Source: Bacteroidales bacterium
Lineage (GTDB): Bacteria; Bacteroidota; Bacteroidia; Bacteroidales; JAHJDW01
Reading direction: 5' to 3'
DNA: 64,000 nucleotides
Assembly: GCA_029004185.1 (NCBI GenBank)
Contig: JAQUPB010000002.1
Location: 2,484-66,483 of the forward strand
The notes beneath the pieces were generated by a model. It did not search any database. It was given only the letters and a program-made list of their open reading frames with translations, and was not told the DNA's origin. Positions within the stretch are counted from its first letter, which is position 1. Each line of letters begins with the position of its first letter. Below, one piece after another: positions 53,672 through 63,276 of this stretch. The position numbers and the translations under genes were made by a program.

Positions 53672-53824
53672 TTTATTTTCGCTTTTTTAAAATAATAATT
53701 TTCTCGAAGTTCATACTTTCATTTCCATTGAAAATTCTGAAACGGGCTTTTTTCAAACTAATTTAATTATTTCCAAACTTTTAGCTTTCATTTTGAGTAT
53801 AAGTGAAATATAAATATTATTATT

Positions 53825-55363
53825 GTGAACAATGAACTTATTATAAGCTCTCATTCAAATGAAGTTATTATCGCTCTTTTAAATGAAAAACGATTAATTG
53901 AACTTCACAAAGAAAAGAGTAACAGCGGCTTTTCAGTCGGAGATTTGTATTTCGGCAGGGTTAGAAAGGTAATTCAGGGACTTAATGCAGCTTTTGTGGA
54001 TATCGGATACGAGAAAGATGCTTTTTTGCATTATCTTGATTTAGGGCCGAACTTCAAGTCACTGAACAAGTTTATCAAATCTGTTACTTTCAATAAAAAC
54101 AATTCCTTATCTATTGAAAATGTTGTATTTGATCCCGAAATACCCAAAACCGGTAAGATTTCACATGTGCTTGCTCAAAATAACAACATTATGGTTCAGG
54201 TTGTTAAAGAACCTATTTCAACCAAAGGACCGCGGCTGACAAGTGAAATTTCCCTTGCAGGCAGATTTATTGTATTAATTCCTTTTTCAGATAAAATATC
54301 GATTTCACAGAGAATAAAAAATCAGGACGAACGCATACGTCTGAAAAAATTAATCCAAAGCATAAAACCAAATAATTTCGGAGTGATTGTACGTACTGCT
54401 GCTGAAAATAAAAAAGTAGCCGAACTCGACATGGACTTAAAAGACTTGGTTAATAAATGGAATCTGGCAATAAAATCAATATCCTCGGCTACACCGCCGC
54501 ATAGAGTATTTAGTGAATTGGATCGTACGTCAACAATTTTGCGCGATATCCTCAACGCGTCTTTCAACAGTATTCAGGTTGATAATCAAACAATGTATGA
54601 TGTGGTTTTAAAATATATTAAGACAATAGCACCCGAAAAAAGAGATATAGTTAAGCTCTACAAGGGGAAAGAACCTATTTTTGAATTTTTCGGGGTCGAG
54701 AAACAAATTAAAAATGCTTTCGGAAGAATTGTAAATCTCAAGGGCGGAGCATATATAATAATCGAACACACCGAAGCATTACATGTTGTTGATGTAAACA
54801 GCGGACACAGAATTAATTCAGAACATAATCAGGAAGCAAATGCACTGGAAGTAAACCTTGATGCTGCTACGGAAATTGCCCGCCAGCTGAGGCTAAGAGA
54901 CCTCGGAGGAATTATTGTTGTTGATTTTATCGACCTGCGGTCGCCTACAAATAAAAAATTATTGTATCTGCGACTCAGGGATGAAATGAAAAACGACAGG
55001 GCAAAACATAATATTCTTCCTCCGAGTAAATTCGGATTGGTGCAGATTACGCGCCAGAGAGTGCGCACAGAAACAAGTATAAATACCGTTGAAAAATGCC
55101 CGGCATGCGATGGCACCGGTGAAATAAAGGCAAGCATAACTTTTGTTGACGATATTGAAAGCGATATTAAATATATTTTTGATGAATTGAATCAAAAACA
55201 TCTGCACCTTGAAGTTCACCCTATAATATATGCCTACCTTAAAAAACTTCAGTGGAACTGGTATTTTAAATTTAAGAAATGGATTAAAATAAAAAGTTCA
55301 AAATCCTGCCATTTGCTTGAATGTCGCTTTTTCGATAAAAATGATGATGAAATAAAACTTTAA
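53825..55363 (+). CDS. rng: ribonuclease E/G family protein
   Basis: 512 aa with an N-terminal S1 domain (GDLYFGRVRKVIQGLNAAFVDIG). Catalytic core is HVVDVNSG...GGIIVVDFID, with Zn-link CPACDGTG. GTG start. Confidence 0.85.
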   Translation: MNNELIISSHSNEVIIALLNEKRLIELHKEKSNSGFSVGDLYFGRVRKVIQGLNAAFVDIGYEKDAFLHYLDLGPNFKSLNKFIKSVTFNKNNSLSIENVVFDPEIPKTGKISHVLAQNNNIMVQVVKEPISTKGPRLTSEISLAGRFIVLIPFSDKISISQRIKNQDERIRLKKLIQSIKPNNFGVIVRTAAENKKVAELDMDLKDLVNKWNLAIKSISSATPPHRVFSELDRTSTILRDILNASFNSIQVDNQTMYDVVLKYIKTIAPEKRDIVKLYKGKEPIFEFFGVEKQIKNAFGRIVNLKGGAYIIIEHTEALHVVDVNSGHRINSEHNQEANALEVNLDAATEIARQLRLRDLGGIIVVDFIDLRSPTNKKLLYLRLRDEMKNDRAKHNILPPSKFGLVQITRQRVRTETSINTVEKCPACDGTGEIKASITFVDDIESDIKYIFDELNQKHLHLEVHPIIYAYLKKLQWNWYFKFKKWIKIKSSKSCHLLECRFFDKNDDEIKL

Positions 55364-55405
55364 AGAAATTTATTTTATTATCAACTTATTATAAATCTTA
55401 TTTAA

Positions 55406-56389
55406 ATGAAGCAATCTGTTTTTAATTTATTGAAAATAGCAGGTTTATTGGGTCTTTTAAGGTTTTTAAAAAAAGATAAAATAACCTTACTTTGCTTTCA
55501 TAGAATCTCAGACGAAAATTCTCCTTCCTGGCCTCCGCTGAAAATAAAAGTTTTTGAAAAATTACTGCAATATATCATCAGAAATTATAATGTTATTTCA
55601 CTTCAGGATATTGATAATAAAGAAGTATTTGAAAATAAAAAACCAAAAATCATTTTAACTTTTGACGATGGCTATAAAGATTTTTACCATAATGTTCTGC
55701 CGTTACTGAAAAAATACGATTTGCCTGCAGTGCTTAATATTGTTACTGATTGCGCTGATGGTAAAAATTTAATATGGACCCAGAAATTAAATAAAATTAT
55801 TGAGGCATATTATTTTTCGGAAGTTCCAATAAAAATTGATATAAATGAAATTAGGTTTAATTCCCTGCTTGATAACGGAAATATCAGTAAAATAGGTACG
55901 GGAATATACCTTGCTCTTTTAAATACTGAAGAGAAAAAAAGAAATGAGTTTATAAATGAGCTGGAAAAAAACATTACAGAAAAAGTTGAACATACCGGAA
56001 TGATGAACTGGCAGGAAATTAAGGAATGTCTGCAAAATAATATTACAATCGGTTCGCACACAAAGTCGCACGTTAACCTGACAAAAATAAATGATAAGGA
56101 AAAATTGAATGATGAAATAATTGGTTCAAAAACAATAATTGAGCAAAGAATAAATTATCAAACCGGATGCATTGCTTTTCCAAACGGACAATACAATAAT
56201 ATTGTAAAAGACATGGCTGTTAAATCGGGATATAAATATTTGCTTGCGGTTGATGAAAAATTGTTTGAAGTAAAACGAAATACGGGACATCATTTGATTC
56301 CAAGAATAATGATACAGCACGAAACATATACCGAAAATTGTTTTAAAATTGAAAATTTTCATAACATTATTAAAAAAATACTAAAGTAG
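55406..56389 (+). CDS. polysaccharide deacetylase family protein
   Basis: NodB motifs ILTFDDGYKDFY and IGSHTKSHVNL. Confidence 0.8.
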   Translation: MKQSVFNLLKIAGLLGLLRFLKKDKITLLCFHRISDENSPSWPPLKIKVFEKLLQYIIRNYNVISLQDIDNKEVFENKKPKIILTFDDGYKDFYHNVLPLLKKYDLPAVLNIVTDCADGKNLIWTQKLNKIIEAYYFSEVPIKIDINEIRFNSLLDNGNISKIGTGIYLALLNTEEKKRNEFINELEKNITEKVEHTGMMNWQEIKECLQNNITIGSHTKSHVNLTKINDKEKLNDEIIGSKTIIEQRINYQTGCIAFPNGQYNNIVKDMAVKSGYKYLLAVDEKLFEVKRNTGHHLIPRIMIQHETYTENCFKIENFHNIIKKILK

Positions 56390-56486
56390 AATTGAGGCGG
56401 AAATGGAAAGTAATAAAGGAATTAAATTTATTTTTTAATATTATTTAGAATAAAACATTTTAATTAAAAGTTACGTTAATATAATT

Positions 56487-57338
56487 ATGGCAATACCCGA
56501 AAAGGCAACAATAGATAAATTTGAAGAGATTTATCCGCTTTTGAAAGAATTTCAACCTTCAATTTCAAAAGAACGCTGGATGAACCTATTCAGCTATTCC
56601 TTTTCGGGTAATGAAAATTATTGTGGATATTACCTGAAAGAAGGAAATGAAATTGCAGGTTTTCTCGGGTTGGTTTTCAGCAAAAGAATAATTAACGGAA
56701 AGGAAGAAAATATTTGTAATACTTCAACATGGGTTGTTAAAGAAAAATACCGCGATAGGAGTTTGGAATTACTATATCCTGTTCTTGAACTGGAAAATCA
56801 CACAATAGTATGCCATACACCAAACTCAAGAGTAAATGAAATTTATAAAAAATTAAATTTCAAAAATCTTGAAACAAGAACAAGAATTTTATTACCTATA
56901 TTTAATCCTTTTGCAAAAAAAGAATTACGATTTTTTTATGGCAACGAAATAGAAAATGAAATTGCAGATGATAAAAATTTATCAAAAATTCTTAATGAGC
57001 ATAAAAAATATAATTGTTTTTATTTGTTTTTAAAAACAGATGAAGGCAAATGTTTAATTGTTTATACAAAAGTAAAACGAAAAAAACTGCCTTGCACAAA
57101 CATTCATTTTATAAGCAACCCCGAACTTTTTGTAAAATACCTTTCCCAAATAAAACGCGAAATAACGGGAAGAAATAAAATTCTGTTTATATTTTTTGAT
57201 GAAAGATTTACAAACAATAAAAAAATTCCTTTTTCACTTTCCTGCAAACGAAAAATCCCCAAAAAATTTAAGTCAAATTCTCTTTTAGAAAAAGATATTG
57301 ATAATCTTTGTTCCGAATTAATTCTGCTGGATATTTAA
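56487..57338 (+). CDS. hypothetical protein, possibly GNAT/FemAB-like acyltransferase fold
   Basis: 283 aa. Only a weak resemblance (EIAGFLGLVF...WVVKEKYRDRSLELL) to acetyltransferase beta-strand/helix motifs. Confidence 0.3.
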   Translation: MAIPEKATIDKFEEIYPLLKEFQPSISKERWMNLFSYSFSGNENYCGYYLKEGNEIAGFLGLVFSKRIINGKEENICNTSTWVVKEKYRDRSLELLYPVLELENHTIVCHTPNSRVNEIYKKLNFKNLETRTRILLPIFNPFAKKELRFFYGNEIENEIADDKNLSKILNEHKKYNCFYLFLKTDEGKCLIVYTKVKRKKLPCTNIHFISNPELFVKYLSQIKREITGRNKILFIFFDERFTNNKKIPFSLSCKRKIPKKFKSNSLLEKDIDNLCSELILLDI

Positions 57339-57466
57339 AAAGACGATTTTTTTCATAAGTAAGGTTGTTTTCAAAAATAAACTACTTTCAATTTGTTTTT
57401 TTTAATATTGTTTTATAATTTGGTAACCTTGTAATTACATTATAATTAATCAAAAATATTTTACTT

Positions 57467-60400
57467 ATGAAAAAATTTACCTTTTTATTCGTATTGTTTG
57501 TAATTATGATTACAAACGCATTTGCACAACTTAATGTTATTGTTAATGCAAATAACGATACTATTTGTGCTGGAAGAAATGCAACGCTGACTGCAGTTGC
57601 AACAGGAGGGCAGGCACCATATCAATATTCGTGGAGCAATGCTGCCACAAATTCATCAACACAGGTAATCCCAACCACAACGACAACTTATTTTGTTACT
57701 GTCACTGACAACAATTCAGTTACAGCTACAGGAAGTATTGTTATAACCGTTAACCCGAAACCAACTATTACAGCAAATAACGCAACTATTTGCGGAATGG
57801 GACAAGTTGCCACGCTTTGTGCGAGCGGGGGTACTAATTATACATGGAGCAACGGCGCTACTACAACCTGCAGAACTGCAAGTCCTCCGAATACAAATAC
57901 ATATTATGTAACCGGAACGAATGAAAATGGCTGCTCAAATACAGCAAGAGCAATTGTAACTGTTTCATCACCCCCCCAGCTGAATGTTAATAATGCATCA
58001 ATATGTATAGGAAATTCTGCTAATATTTGCGCAAGCGGACAATCGATATCATATACATGGTCAACAACCGAAACAGAAACCTGTATTTCGGTGGCACCTA
58101 CAGTTACAACATCTTATTATGTTACAGGAACAAGAACATCCGGCTGTACAAATACCGCAAGGTCAGTAGTGACCGTAAATGATATTCCGGTTATTACTAT
58201 TAAGAATAATAAAGATTCAGTTTGCGGAGGAACTGTCGTCAATCTGAATGCAACCGGTGCCAATAATTATACGTGGAGTACAATGCAAACCGGTTCAAGC
58301 ATAAATGTCTCACCAACGACTTCTACGGTATATAGTGTTGTTGGTTCAGTAGGCGGATGTACTGCCAGTTCGAGTATTTCTATTACCGTATACCCGATTC
58401 CTATTGTTACTGCAACAGGCGGTTCAATTTGCGGAGGAAGTGGTTTTGTGAATGTTTGTGCTGATGGCGCTTTAGATTATACATGGAATAACGGACAAAG
58501 TGTAAGTTGCTTTACGGTCAGTCCGAGTGTTAGTACAACATATACTGTCACGGGAACAAGTGCGGACGGATGTACCAAAACTGCAAGAGCAGTTGTTGGA
58601 GTTGGAACAACTCCTACTATAACAGCAGCAAATGGAACTAATTGCAGTGGAGTAGCAATAACTATTTGTGCCAGCGGAGGAAATTCCTATACATGGAGTA
58701 CAGGAAATACAGGAAATTGTGTTTCAGTTAATCCTACGGTTACAACAACTTATTTTGTCACTGGCGCCAATACAAGCGGTTGCACAAATCTTGATACTGC
58801 AATAGTCACTGTTAAGCCCCTGCCTGATGTCGGAGCAACAGGCGGAATAATTTGCAGGGGTAGTTCAATATTTATTTGTGTAACAGGCGGAAATACATAC
58901 ACGTGGAGCACGGGACCAACGCAAAGTTGTATATCAGTTGCACCAACTGCAACAATAAATTATACTGTCAGCGGAACAGGAGCTAATGGCTGTATCGCCA
59001 CTGCCGTATCAAATGTAATTGTTAATCAACGTCCCGTAATTACTGCTACAGGAGGTGCAATATGCAGTGGCAGTGGTTCAGTCACAGTTTGCGCTAGTGG
59101 GGGAACTGATTATTCATGGAATAACGGTGAAACTACAGATTGTTTTAGTGCCAGCCCAACGGTTAATACAACATATACTGTTACCGGCACAGATGAAAAT
59201 ACCTGTACAAATACTGCTAAAGCTGCTGTTGTTATCAGCACGACACCAACAATTACAGCAACAGGAGGAGGTACATGTGAAGGAGTATCAATTGGTATTT
59301 GTGCAAGCGGTGGAAACACATACACATGGAGCAATGATTCAATAGGCAGTTGCATAACAGTCAATCCGACAGCAACTACAACATATACAGTAACTGGAGC
59401 TAACGCAAGCGGTTGCGTTAATACAGCAGATGCCGTTGTTACAACTCTTAGCCTTCCAAGCATTTCTTCAACCGGAGGAATGATTTGTCTCGGTTCATCT
59501 ATTTATATTTGTGTTACCGGAGGGACTGCTTATACATGGAGTACAACTCAAACACAAAGTTGTATTTCAGTTGCACCAACTGCAACAACAAATTATACTG
59601 TTACCGGAAGCGGAACAAACGGCTGTATAAATACTGCCGAATCGAATGTGATAGTGAATCAGCCACCCACTATAACTGCTACGGGAGGAGCAATGTGCAG
59701 CGGAACTGCTTCGGTTGTTATCTTTGCCAGCGGTGGAATTGACTATACATGGGACACAGGAGAAACAACAAGCAGCATTACAGTTAGTCCAACTGCAAGT
59801 GTGACATATGCAGTTACAGGCGTTGATGCTAATTCATGCAGCAATACCGCCGAAGCAGTTGTTGTGATAGGTCAAACGCCTACAATTACTGCAAATAACG
59901 GAAGTATCTGCAAAGGATCTTCAATCAGTATTTGCGGCGGCGGCGGCGATACTTATACATGGAGCGAAGGAACTTCAGGAATGTGCGCGATTGTTGCCCC
60001 AACAATTACAACTACTTATACTGTAACAGGTACTAATGCTGACGGTTGTACCAATACCGCAAATGCCGTAGTAACTGTTAAGCAATTACCAAATGTTATT
60101 GCTTCAAATGATACAGCAATTTGCATTGGTTATTCTGCTGACATTTGTGCAAGTGGTGGTGTTTCTTATACATGGAGCACAATTTCGACAATGACATGTA
60201 TTTCAGTAAACCCTACTGTTACCACAACATATTATGTCACGGGTACAGGCACGAATGGTTGTAAAAAAGCAGACGACGTTGTGATAATTGTAAATAGTTG
60301 TGTAGGTATTACTGAAAATAATAATAAAATTGGTTTGAATGTATTTCCTAATCCAACCGAAGAAAACATTAATATTATTTTCAATATTGAAAAACCAATG

Positions 60401-60580
60401 GGAATATCTGTAAAATTAGTTAATCTGAGCGGACAGGTAGTTTATAGCGAAAAACTGGAATATTATAAAGGCACATATTCAAAGGCAATCAGTTTGCTTG
60501 ATAAAACCGGAGGAGTGTATTATTTGCAGATAATAACAGACAATACTACGCTTACTAGAAAAATAATTCTGGTAAGATAA
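57467..60580 (+). CDS. T9SS-sorted surface protein made of 13 tandem Cys-containing Ig-like repeats
   Basis: Signal peptide, then 13 units each with ICxG ... (I)CASGG.(T)YTWS ... C(I)xV.P..TTTY.VTGT...GC.NTA. T9SS CTD is LNVFPNPTEENINIIF...GVYYLQII. Confidence 0.8.
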   Translation: MKKFTFLFVLFVIMITNAFAQLNVIVNANNDTICAGRNATLTAVATGGQAPYQYSWSNAATNSSTQVIPTTTTTYFVTVTDNNSVTATGSIVITVNPKPTITANNATICGMGQVATLCASGGTNYTWSNGATTTCRTASPPNTNTYYVTGTNENGCSNTARAIVTVSSPPQLNVNNASICIGNSANICASGQSISYTWSTTETETCISVAPTVTTSYYVTGTRTSGCTNTARSVVTVNDIPVITIKNNKDSVCGGTVVNLNATGANNYTWSTMQTGSSINVSPTTSTVYSVVGSVGGCTASSSISITVYPIPIVTATGGSICGGSGFVNVCADGALDYTWNNGQSVSCFTVSPSVSTTYTVTGTSADGCTKTARAVVGVGTTPTITAANGTNCSGVAITICASGGNSYTWSTGNTGNCVSVNPTVTTTYFVTGANTSGCTNLDTAIVTVKPLPDVGATGGIICRGSSIFICVTGGNTYTWSTGPTQSCISVAPTATINYTVSGTGANGCIATAVSNVIVNQRPVITATGGAICSGSGSVTVCASGGTDYSWNNGETTDCFSASPTVNTTYTVTGTDENTCTNTAKAAVVISTTPTITATGGGTCEGVSIGICASGGNTYTWSNDSIGSCITVNPTATTTYTVTGANASGCVNTADAVVTTLSLPSISSTGGMICLGSSIYICVTGGTAYTWSTTQTQSCISVAPTATTNYTVTGSGTNGCINTAESNVIVNQPPTITATGGAMCSGTASVVIFASGGIDYTWDTGETTSSITVSPTASVTYAVTGVDANSCSNTAEAVVVIGQTPTITANNGSICKGSSISICGGGGDTYTWSEGTSGMCAIVAPTITTTYTVTGTNADGCTNTANAVVTVKQLPNVIASNDTAICIGYSADICASGGVSYTWSTISTMTCISVNPTVTTTYYVTGTGTNGCKKADDVVIIVNSCVGITENNNKIGLNVFPNPTEENINIIFNIEKPMGISVKLVNLSGQVVYSEKLEYYKGTYSKAISLLDKTGGVYYLQIITDNTTLTRKIILVR
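58400..60290 (+). repeat. 3 x ~630-nt super-repeat (each of three Ig-like units) inside the 1037-aa gene
   Basis: Units starting near 58400, 59030 and 59660 are collinear. For example, 58920-58980 and 59556-59615 are nearly identical. Confidence 0.7.
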
Positions 60581-60598
60581 ATTTAATATTATTAAGAA

Positions 60599-60634
60599 AA
60601 ACGCCGGGATAAATTTTCCGGCGTTTTTTTTTAG
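60599..60634 (+). terminator. rho-independent terminator of the repeat-protein gene
   Basis: ACGCCGG-GATAAATTTT-CCGGCGT followed by T9. Confidence 0.8.
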
Positions 60635-60665
60635 GATTTCATAAAAATCAATTAAGTTTGCCGGC

Positions 60666-61148
60666 ATGATTGAAAATATTAAAATTACAGCAACTACAAA
60701 AAAAGAAAAGTACGAATTACTTTTGCAGCAGATTAAATCGCTGGTTGAAGGCGAAAACGATTTGATTGCAAATCTTTCAAACATCGCTTCTGCATTAAAG
60801 TTTGGAATGAATTTTTTCTGGATTGGGTTTTATTTCGTAAAAGAAAATGAACTTGTTCTTGGTCCTTTTCAGGGAACTATTGCCTGTACGAGAATAAAAA
60901 AAGGAAAGGGAGTTTGCGGAACATGCTGGGAGCAAAAGAAAACAATGATTGTTGAAGATGTTGAAAAATTTCCCGGACATATTGCATGCAGTTCTCTGTC
61001 GCGTTCCGAAATTGTAGTTCCTGTATTTGATAAAAATAATAATGTTGCAATGGTGCTTGATGTTGACAGCACAAAACTTTCCGATTTTGATGAAACCGAT
61101 AAAAGTTTCTTGGAAAAAATTGCGGAAATAATCAAAAACATAATTTGA
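60666..61148 (+). CDS. GAF domain protein, free methionine-(R)-sulfoxide reductase type
   Basis: 160 aa with GKGVCGTCW and PGHIACSSLSRSEIVVPV, typical of YebR/MsrC-like GAF proteins. Confidence 0.75.
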   Translation: MIENIKITATTKKEKYELLLQQIKSLVEGENDLIANLSNIASALKFGMNFFWIGFYFVKENELVLGPFQGTIACTRIKKGKGVCGTCWEQKKTMIVEDVEKFPGHIACSSLSRSEIVVPVFDKNNNVAMVLDVDSTKLSDFDETDKSFLEKIAEIIKNII

Positions 61149-61296
61149 AGTTTTCAGAAAAACTCTGTGTAACTCCGTTAATTCTCCCCGTGTATCTCTG
61201 TAAATTTTTTTATTACACAGAGGTTCCACAGAGAGCCATAGAGAAAGATATGCTATTTTCTTAATGCGACACTTACATAGATTAATTTTCTGAAAT

Positions 61297-62445
61297 CTAT
61301 TCCAATTCCGTTTTCTTCTTTTCCGCTTGGTTTTTATATTTTTTATCGAGAAGAATTATTTTATCAATAATGATTTTTGCATCTTCTTTTTTGCCGCTGT
61401 TGATAAGCGAGAGGGCTTTATACCAAAGAGCATCTTCATAATATTCCCCGCTGCTAACAGCAATGGTTTTATCGAACTTCTCAATTGCTTCTTTGTATTT
61501 CTTTAAATTATAATAAGCGATACCTGAGTTATAAATTGCGTTGTAATCATCCGGATTTTCTTTAAGGATTTTTTCGTATTTTTTTAAATCGGTATTGTAA
61601 TCTTTTACTTCTACATTGCTTACAGGGAAATTTCCTTCATCACCGGCAGAAGGACTTGTAACTGGCTGGCTTGTTTTTTCGGAATATGAAGGAGCTATTT
61701 TTTTCCCTTTCCGCCTTAAAGATTTTTCTTTTGTTGCAAGAGCATCTTCTTCTTTTGCAACTGGTTCATTTTTTTGCACGATATTTTCTTTATAGATAGC
61801 AACTTTTTTGTTTTCTTCTTTCGGTGAAATATTATTTATCGAATCACCAGAAGTAATTACCGGAGGAGTAACATATTCTTTTACTGTAACTTCTTCTTTT
61901 CCTGTTTTTGTATTGCCCTGAGAACCTCCTCCGTAACCGGTATTATATCCATATCCTTCATTTTTATCCGGAGGTGCATAAAATGTTTTCTCTTTCTTTT
62001 TTTCAGGTAAAACGGATGTTTTGTTTTCAGTATAAGTACCGATGAATTCATTTTGCTCTGTTTTTATTTTATCATTTTTAACTACTACCGGAGCAACAAT
62101 TTCTTTTTTTAATATGTAATTAAATAAAAATGATATTCCGAATAAGAAAGTAAGCATTGCTGCTATTGCATAAGCCCATTTGTAATTGAATTCAATGATT
62201 TTTGTTTTTGATTTTTTTGTGCGGGAATATATTCCTGATTTTAATTCGCCGATAATATTTTTTGCTTTTTTGGTATTAATAAGTTTCAATCCTTCCAATG
62301 CATCGGAACAAAGTTCACAGTCGAGCAGATGTTTTTCAACCATGTGCCTTTCATCGGAAGATACTTTATTGTCAATGTATTTGAACAATAAGTCTTCCGT
62401 AAGACATTCGCTTTGCGAAAAAATATTTTTTAATTTTTCAGTCAT
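61297..62445 (-). CDS. anti-sigma factor (zf-HC2, one TM helix, C-terminal TPR)
   Basis: N-terminal HLLDCELCSDALEGL, TM helix WAYAIAAMLTFLFGISFLF, and C-terminal TPR-like YNAIYNSGIAYYNLKKYKEAIEKF. It overlaps the sigma gene by 8 nt. Confidence 0.7.
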   Translation of the reverse strand: MTEKLKNIFSQSECLTEDLLFKYIDNKVSSDERHMVEKHLLDCELCSDALEGLKLINTKKAKNIIGELKSGIYSRTKKSKTKIIEFNYKWAYAIAAMLTFLFGISFLFNYILKKEIVAPVVVKNDKIKTEQNEFIGTYTENKTSVLPEKKKEKTFYAPPDKNEGYGYNTGYGGGSQGNTKTGKEEVTVKEYVTPPVITSGDSINNISPKEENKKVAIYKENIVQKNEPVAKEEDALATKEKSLRRKGKKIAPSYSEKTSQPVTSPSAGDEGNFPVSNVEVKDYNTDLKKYEKILKENPDDYNAIYNSGIAYYNLKKYKEAIEKFDKTIAVSSGEYYEDALWYKALSLINSGKKEDAKIIIDKIILLDKKYKNQAEKKKTELE

Positions 62446-63019
62446 ACTTGTTTTGTATAAATATTTTCAAATTCCGTTTACCGTTTTGTATGAAACTTTT
62501 GACCTTATTCATATCATAACCCGTTATTTCGATTATTTCCTGGTAACTTTTATCTTTTATAAAGAACAACTCGATACAAATCTTTTGTTCTGGACTTAAA
62601 TTTTTTATTCCTTCTTCCAGATGCTGAATCCGGATTTCTTTATCCTTTCCATTATCATGATGCAAAACGGAGTCGGATTCCATAAAAGAGGATAAATCTT
62701 TTTTTAGTGTATTTTCATTTATAATCTGAACAGTTTTGCCGCGCAGCGTCATCAGGCAGTGATTTTTTGCACATACATGCAGCCATGATTTGAAATTTTC
62801 AATTTCGTGCTTCTTTAAATCTTCAAGAAGTTTTTCGAAAATCTGCATAACGGCATCCTTGCTTTCGTCTTCATCTTTAAGATATTTCATGCAAACGCCA
62901 AAAACAAGGTGAACATAACGGTTATATAACTCCCCTACATAATTATTTTCTCCCGTTTCCTTATATGAAGAAATGAGTTCGCTGTCGGTTTGGTTTTTTA
63001 TGTCAGGGAATCTGGACAA
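62438..63019 (-). CDS. ECF-type RNA polymerase sigma factor
   Basis: 193 aa. Region 2 is YVHLVFGVCMKYLKDEDESKDAVMQIF...WLHVCAKNHC. Region 4 is KSYQEIIEITGYDMNKVKSFIQNGKRNL. TTG start. Confidence 0.8.
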   Translation of the reverse strand: MSRFPDIKNQTDSELISSYKETGENNYVGELYNRYVHLVFGVCMKYLKDEDESKDAVMQIFEKLLEDLKKHEIENFKSWLHVCAKNHCLMTLRGKTVQIINENTLKKDLSSFMESDSVLHHDNGKDKEIRIQHLEEGIKNLSPEQKICIELFFIKDKSYQEIIEITGYDMNKVKSFIQNGKRNLKIFIQNKYD

Positions 63020-63068
63020 AAAGTAATATTATATTAATTATTTAAGTTTTTATTAGAATTGTTTATTT

Positions 63069-63131
63069 CACGCAAAGACGCAAAGATATTATTATATTTT
63101 TGTAATATGTTGCGAATCAGCGTCTTTGCAG
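63069..63131. repeat. CGCAAAGA-family inverted repeat
   Basis: CACGCAAAGACGCAAAGAT ... TGCGAATCAGCGTCTTTGCAG, with GCAAAGACGC/GCGTCTTTGC giving 10 bp of perfect pairing. Confidence 0.5.
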
Positions 63132-63276
63132 TTTTAAGATTTTCAAAAATTTAGTTTCACGAACAAATATCCGATTTTTTTTAAAAAGTTTTATGGAATT
63201 TTCATTTCCAATGCATCTTATTATCGGGAAAGGGAAAAAATGAAAGAATTTATTAACCATTTAAAAACTAAAAGTC

